Part shown: positions 61,585-64,000 of the stretch, piece by piece | Position numbering within the stretch: position 1 is the first letter of the stretch | Layout: each line of letters opens with the position of its first letter | Assembly: GCA_965197525.1 (NCBI GenBank) | Contig: OZ240211.1 | Coordinates: forward strand, 1,344,001 to 1,408,000 | Source: Nitrosopumilus sp. | GTDB taxonomy: Archaea > Thermoproteota > Nitrososphaeria > Nitrososphaerales > Nitrosopumilaceae | Length of the DNA stretch: 64,000 bases | Reading direction: 5' to 3' | Position numbers and translations under genes: made by a program | The notes under the pieces: model-generated | What the model was told of the DNA's origin: nothing | The model's input: only the letters and a program-made list of their open reading frames with translations | The model's database searches: none

Positions 61585-62403
61585 ATGTCCTTTGAAATTC
61601 TCACCTTTAGTTTTATGCATAGAGCCCTGATATCTGGAGTTGCAATAGCAATTCTTTGTTCAGTGGTTGGATTATTCCTAGTCTTACGCCGTTATTCCCT
61701 ATTTGGAGACGCGTTAGCACATTCGTCATTTGGTGGAGTTGCGTTTGGATTATTTGCAGGAATCTATCCATTATGGACAGCATATGGTGTGTCGATAGCG
61801 AGCGCCATAATCATCACAAAAATCAAAGACAAATACAACATATCCGGTGATGCATCTATTGCCGTTCTGTTATCTTCTGGTATCGCAGTGGGGCTTGTCA
61901 TTATTGGACTATCTGGAGGATTTACGATTGATATCTTTAGTTTTCTCTTTGGGAGTATACTGCTTGTTAGTGTTGATGATACTATTTTGATACTATCACT
62001 AACAGGAGCAATTCTAATTATAATTTTATTATTATATAGACAAATTCTTTATTCTACATTTAATGAACAGCAGGCCAAAGTCAGTGGGATTCCGGTAGAG
62101 AAAATAAATTATTTAATAGTTTTTATGGCAGGCATTACAGTTGTTACATCAATCCAACTCGTAGGTGTATTGTTAATCTCTGCTTTGTTTGTAATCCCAA
62201 ATATTACTGCAATTATGTATGGTAGAGGATTTCAGCAAACTGCTATAATTTCAATGGGCTTTTCTGTATTTTCTGTTGTTATGGGAATTTTAATCTCTTA
62301 CGTATTTGATATCACGCCTGCAGGTACGATAGTATTGTTGTCAATCGCCTTACTTGCTGGAACTATGGGAATAAAATCGGCAGGACTGCTATCTAAGAAT
62401 TGA
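61585..62403 (+). CDS. znuB: Zn/Mn ABC transporter permease
   Basis: GDALAHSSFGG, FLFGSIL, VGVLLISALFVIP. Confidence 0.88.
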   Translation: MSFEILTFSFMHRALISGVAIAILCSVVGLFLVLRRYSLFGDALAHSSFGGVAFGLFAGIYPLWTAYGVSIASAIIITKIKDKYNISGDASIAVLLSSGIAVGLVIIGLSGGFTIDIFSFLFGSILLVSVDDTILILSLTGAILIIILLLYRQILYSTFNEQQAKVSGIPVEKINYLIVFMAGITVVTSIQLVGVLLISALFVIPNITAIMYGRGFQQTAIISMGFSVFSVVMGILISYVFDITPAGTIVLLSIALLAGTMGIKSAGLLSKN

Positions 62404-63988
62404 CAAGATCGTTTAATCTTCTTTTATCCTGTATACACTTTACATAAAATAACGATGTACCAATGATTCCTAGTGCAATTAATGGTGAGACGATCTCTGT
62501 ATACTCTAATTGAACATTACTAGTTGTAGTAGTTGTTGTAATTTGTGACACGTCAAGTGGAATCTCTGTAATTGTTACGGTTCCAATCTTATTTGCTTCT
62601 TGTTCAACAAACCATACATTGTCATTGCTATCTGATGTCATAAATTGCACAAAAGATGATTGACTTGGCACTAGAACCTCTCTTAGATCATCATTGTCTG
62701 GATCGTAGACTCCTATACTATCTACTACATGCTGTGCAAACCAGATATTACCATACCTGTCAAACGCCATACCAAATGGTAATGCATCACTATTTGGCAC
62801 TATAGTTCTCTCAAAGTTCTCAAGATTTCGATTAAATTTTGTTATTGCCAAGCCTGCATGCTCTGTAATCCAGAGGTCCCCATTCTTATCAAATGTTATG
62901 AATTCTGGAGCCTGAAGGGAGATTGTATTATTAGAAAACTGAGTAATATTTCCGTCTGCTGAATCAATAAATCCAATCTCTCCTTTTGCAGTTGTTGTAT
63001 ACCAGAGGTCCCCATTCTCATCTACTGTTAATGCAAACGGTAGTGACTCTTTATCTGGTAATACGTATTCTTCAAAGATGTCTTGTTCTGGTAGATATTT
63101 TATAATTGTATTTTTATTAATTATACTTGTCCAGACATTACCATCAAAATCCGCTTGAATATTTAGAGGAATATTCTTTATCTCTTTTGGTTCTAGCTCT
63201 GGCAGTGTTTTGGTTTTAACTTCTCCAGTGTCGATGTCAAGGTATCCTATCTGACCCACTGTTGGATTTACAAACCATACATTGTTGTTGCTATCAATTG
63301 TTAAAAATGTCGTGACACCTTCTTCTTCAAATGTATGCGGCACAAATTCTTTTGTATCAAGTACAAATTGCCATATTCTAGGAACTGCAGCATCACTTAT
63401 CCAAATAGAATTTGTCTTTTGGTGATACACTGGGAATAATGGTGCTGACGTTTCGTCTGGGAATTCATACTCTATAATACTTGTCTGAATATTTGATAAT
63501 CTTGGTTTTACATTTAAATCCATTATTATTGATTCGTTAGCGTTCTCTGTTCTTAGAATTTCTACCTCTACTTCCCATTTACCTGAAAATCCAAATATTA
63601 GTTGTCCCTGAAATTCTACTGGTTTTGCATTATCATCATCACCTTTGCCCGTTATTGCTTCCATCGGAATTTGGATTGGAGATATGTTCTTTGATGGATT
63701 TGACACCTTTACTTTGATTTCTTTCAAATCATCTACAGGTGTGCCATTAATATTGCTAGCAATTACTTGAATTGTATTATCTCCACTTGAGAACGGCATA
63801 ACCTCAATATCGTATTTTATATTTTCTGAAAATTCTACAACTTTAAATCCATAGACGTTCTCTTGTGCATCGACTTTTTGTATCTCTCCTGCAGGAAGCG
63901 TACCACTTGTAAGTAGACCGACCACTCCTAATAGTATAATCCCTAATACCACATCGACTTTTAGTGTCTTCTTTAGTTTTTTATACAC
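62393..63988 (-). CDS. Surface protein with an Ig-like domain and a Vgb (virginiamycin B lyase-like) beta-propeller
   Basis: N- and C-terminal TM segments; repeated DxxGxLW/NVWF blades. Confidence 0.75.
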   Translation of the reverse strand: MYKKLKKTLKVDVVLGIILLGVVGLLTSGTLPAGEIQKVDAQENVYGFKVVEFSENIKYDIEVMPFSSGDNTIQVIASNINGTPVDDLKEIKVKVSNPSKNISPIQIPMEAITGKGDDDNAKPVEFQGQLIFGFSGKWEVEVEILRTENANESIIMDLNVKPRLSNIQTSIIEYEFPDETSAPLFPVYHQKTNSIWISDAAVPRIWQFVLDTKEFVPHTFEEEGVTTFLTIDSNNNVWFVNPTVGQIGYLDIDTGEVKTKTLPELEPKEIKNIPLNIQADFDGNVWTSIINKNTIIKYLPEQDIFEEYVLPDKESLPFALTVDENGDLWYTTTAKGEIGFIDSADGNITQFSNNTISLQAPEFITFDKNGDLWITEHAGLAITKFNRNLENFERTIVPNSDALPFGMAFDRYGNIWFAQHVVDSIGVYDPDNDDLREVLVPSQSSFVQFMTSDSNDNVWFVEQEANKIGTVTITEIPLDVSQITTTTTTSNVQLEYTEIVSPLIALGIIGTSLFYVKCIQDKRRLNDLVNS

Positions 63989-64000
63989 AAAAATATTGCC

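Overview
A 64-kb, AT-rich chromosomal segment of an ammonia-oxidising archaeon (Nitrosopumilaceae-like Thaumarchaeota), judged from gene content: Amt, CdvB, PEFG-CTERM protein, TFB, A-type ATP synthase cluster, archaeal TyrRS and CCA enzyme. Most of it is housekeeping (tyrS, cca, rnz, prs, cdc48, queE/folE/queC, thrB, tmk, pyrH, pyrBI, atpCIEBDK, znuABC, tRNA-Pro). Superimposed are signs of erosion and mobile DNA: (i) the catalytic ATP synthase subunit gene atpA is reduced to a 93-codon in-frame fusion of its N- and C-termini while the other subunit genes look intact; (ii) a 1454-bp IS1595-type cassette (25-bp TIRs, 8-bp TSD) with a truncated transposase and small passenger ORFs lies between the divergent atpI and atpE genes; (iii) a related 208-bp MITE and an inactivated ISH3-type IS; (iv) pseudogene remnants (thpR, a hemerythrin, a possible ATP-cone protein); and (v) several tandem duplications, including 8 perfect copies of a 42-bp His/Glu-rich unit in ZnuA. 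All assignments come from motif reading and recalled family knowledge; no database searches were run.
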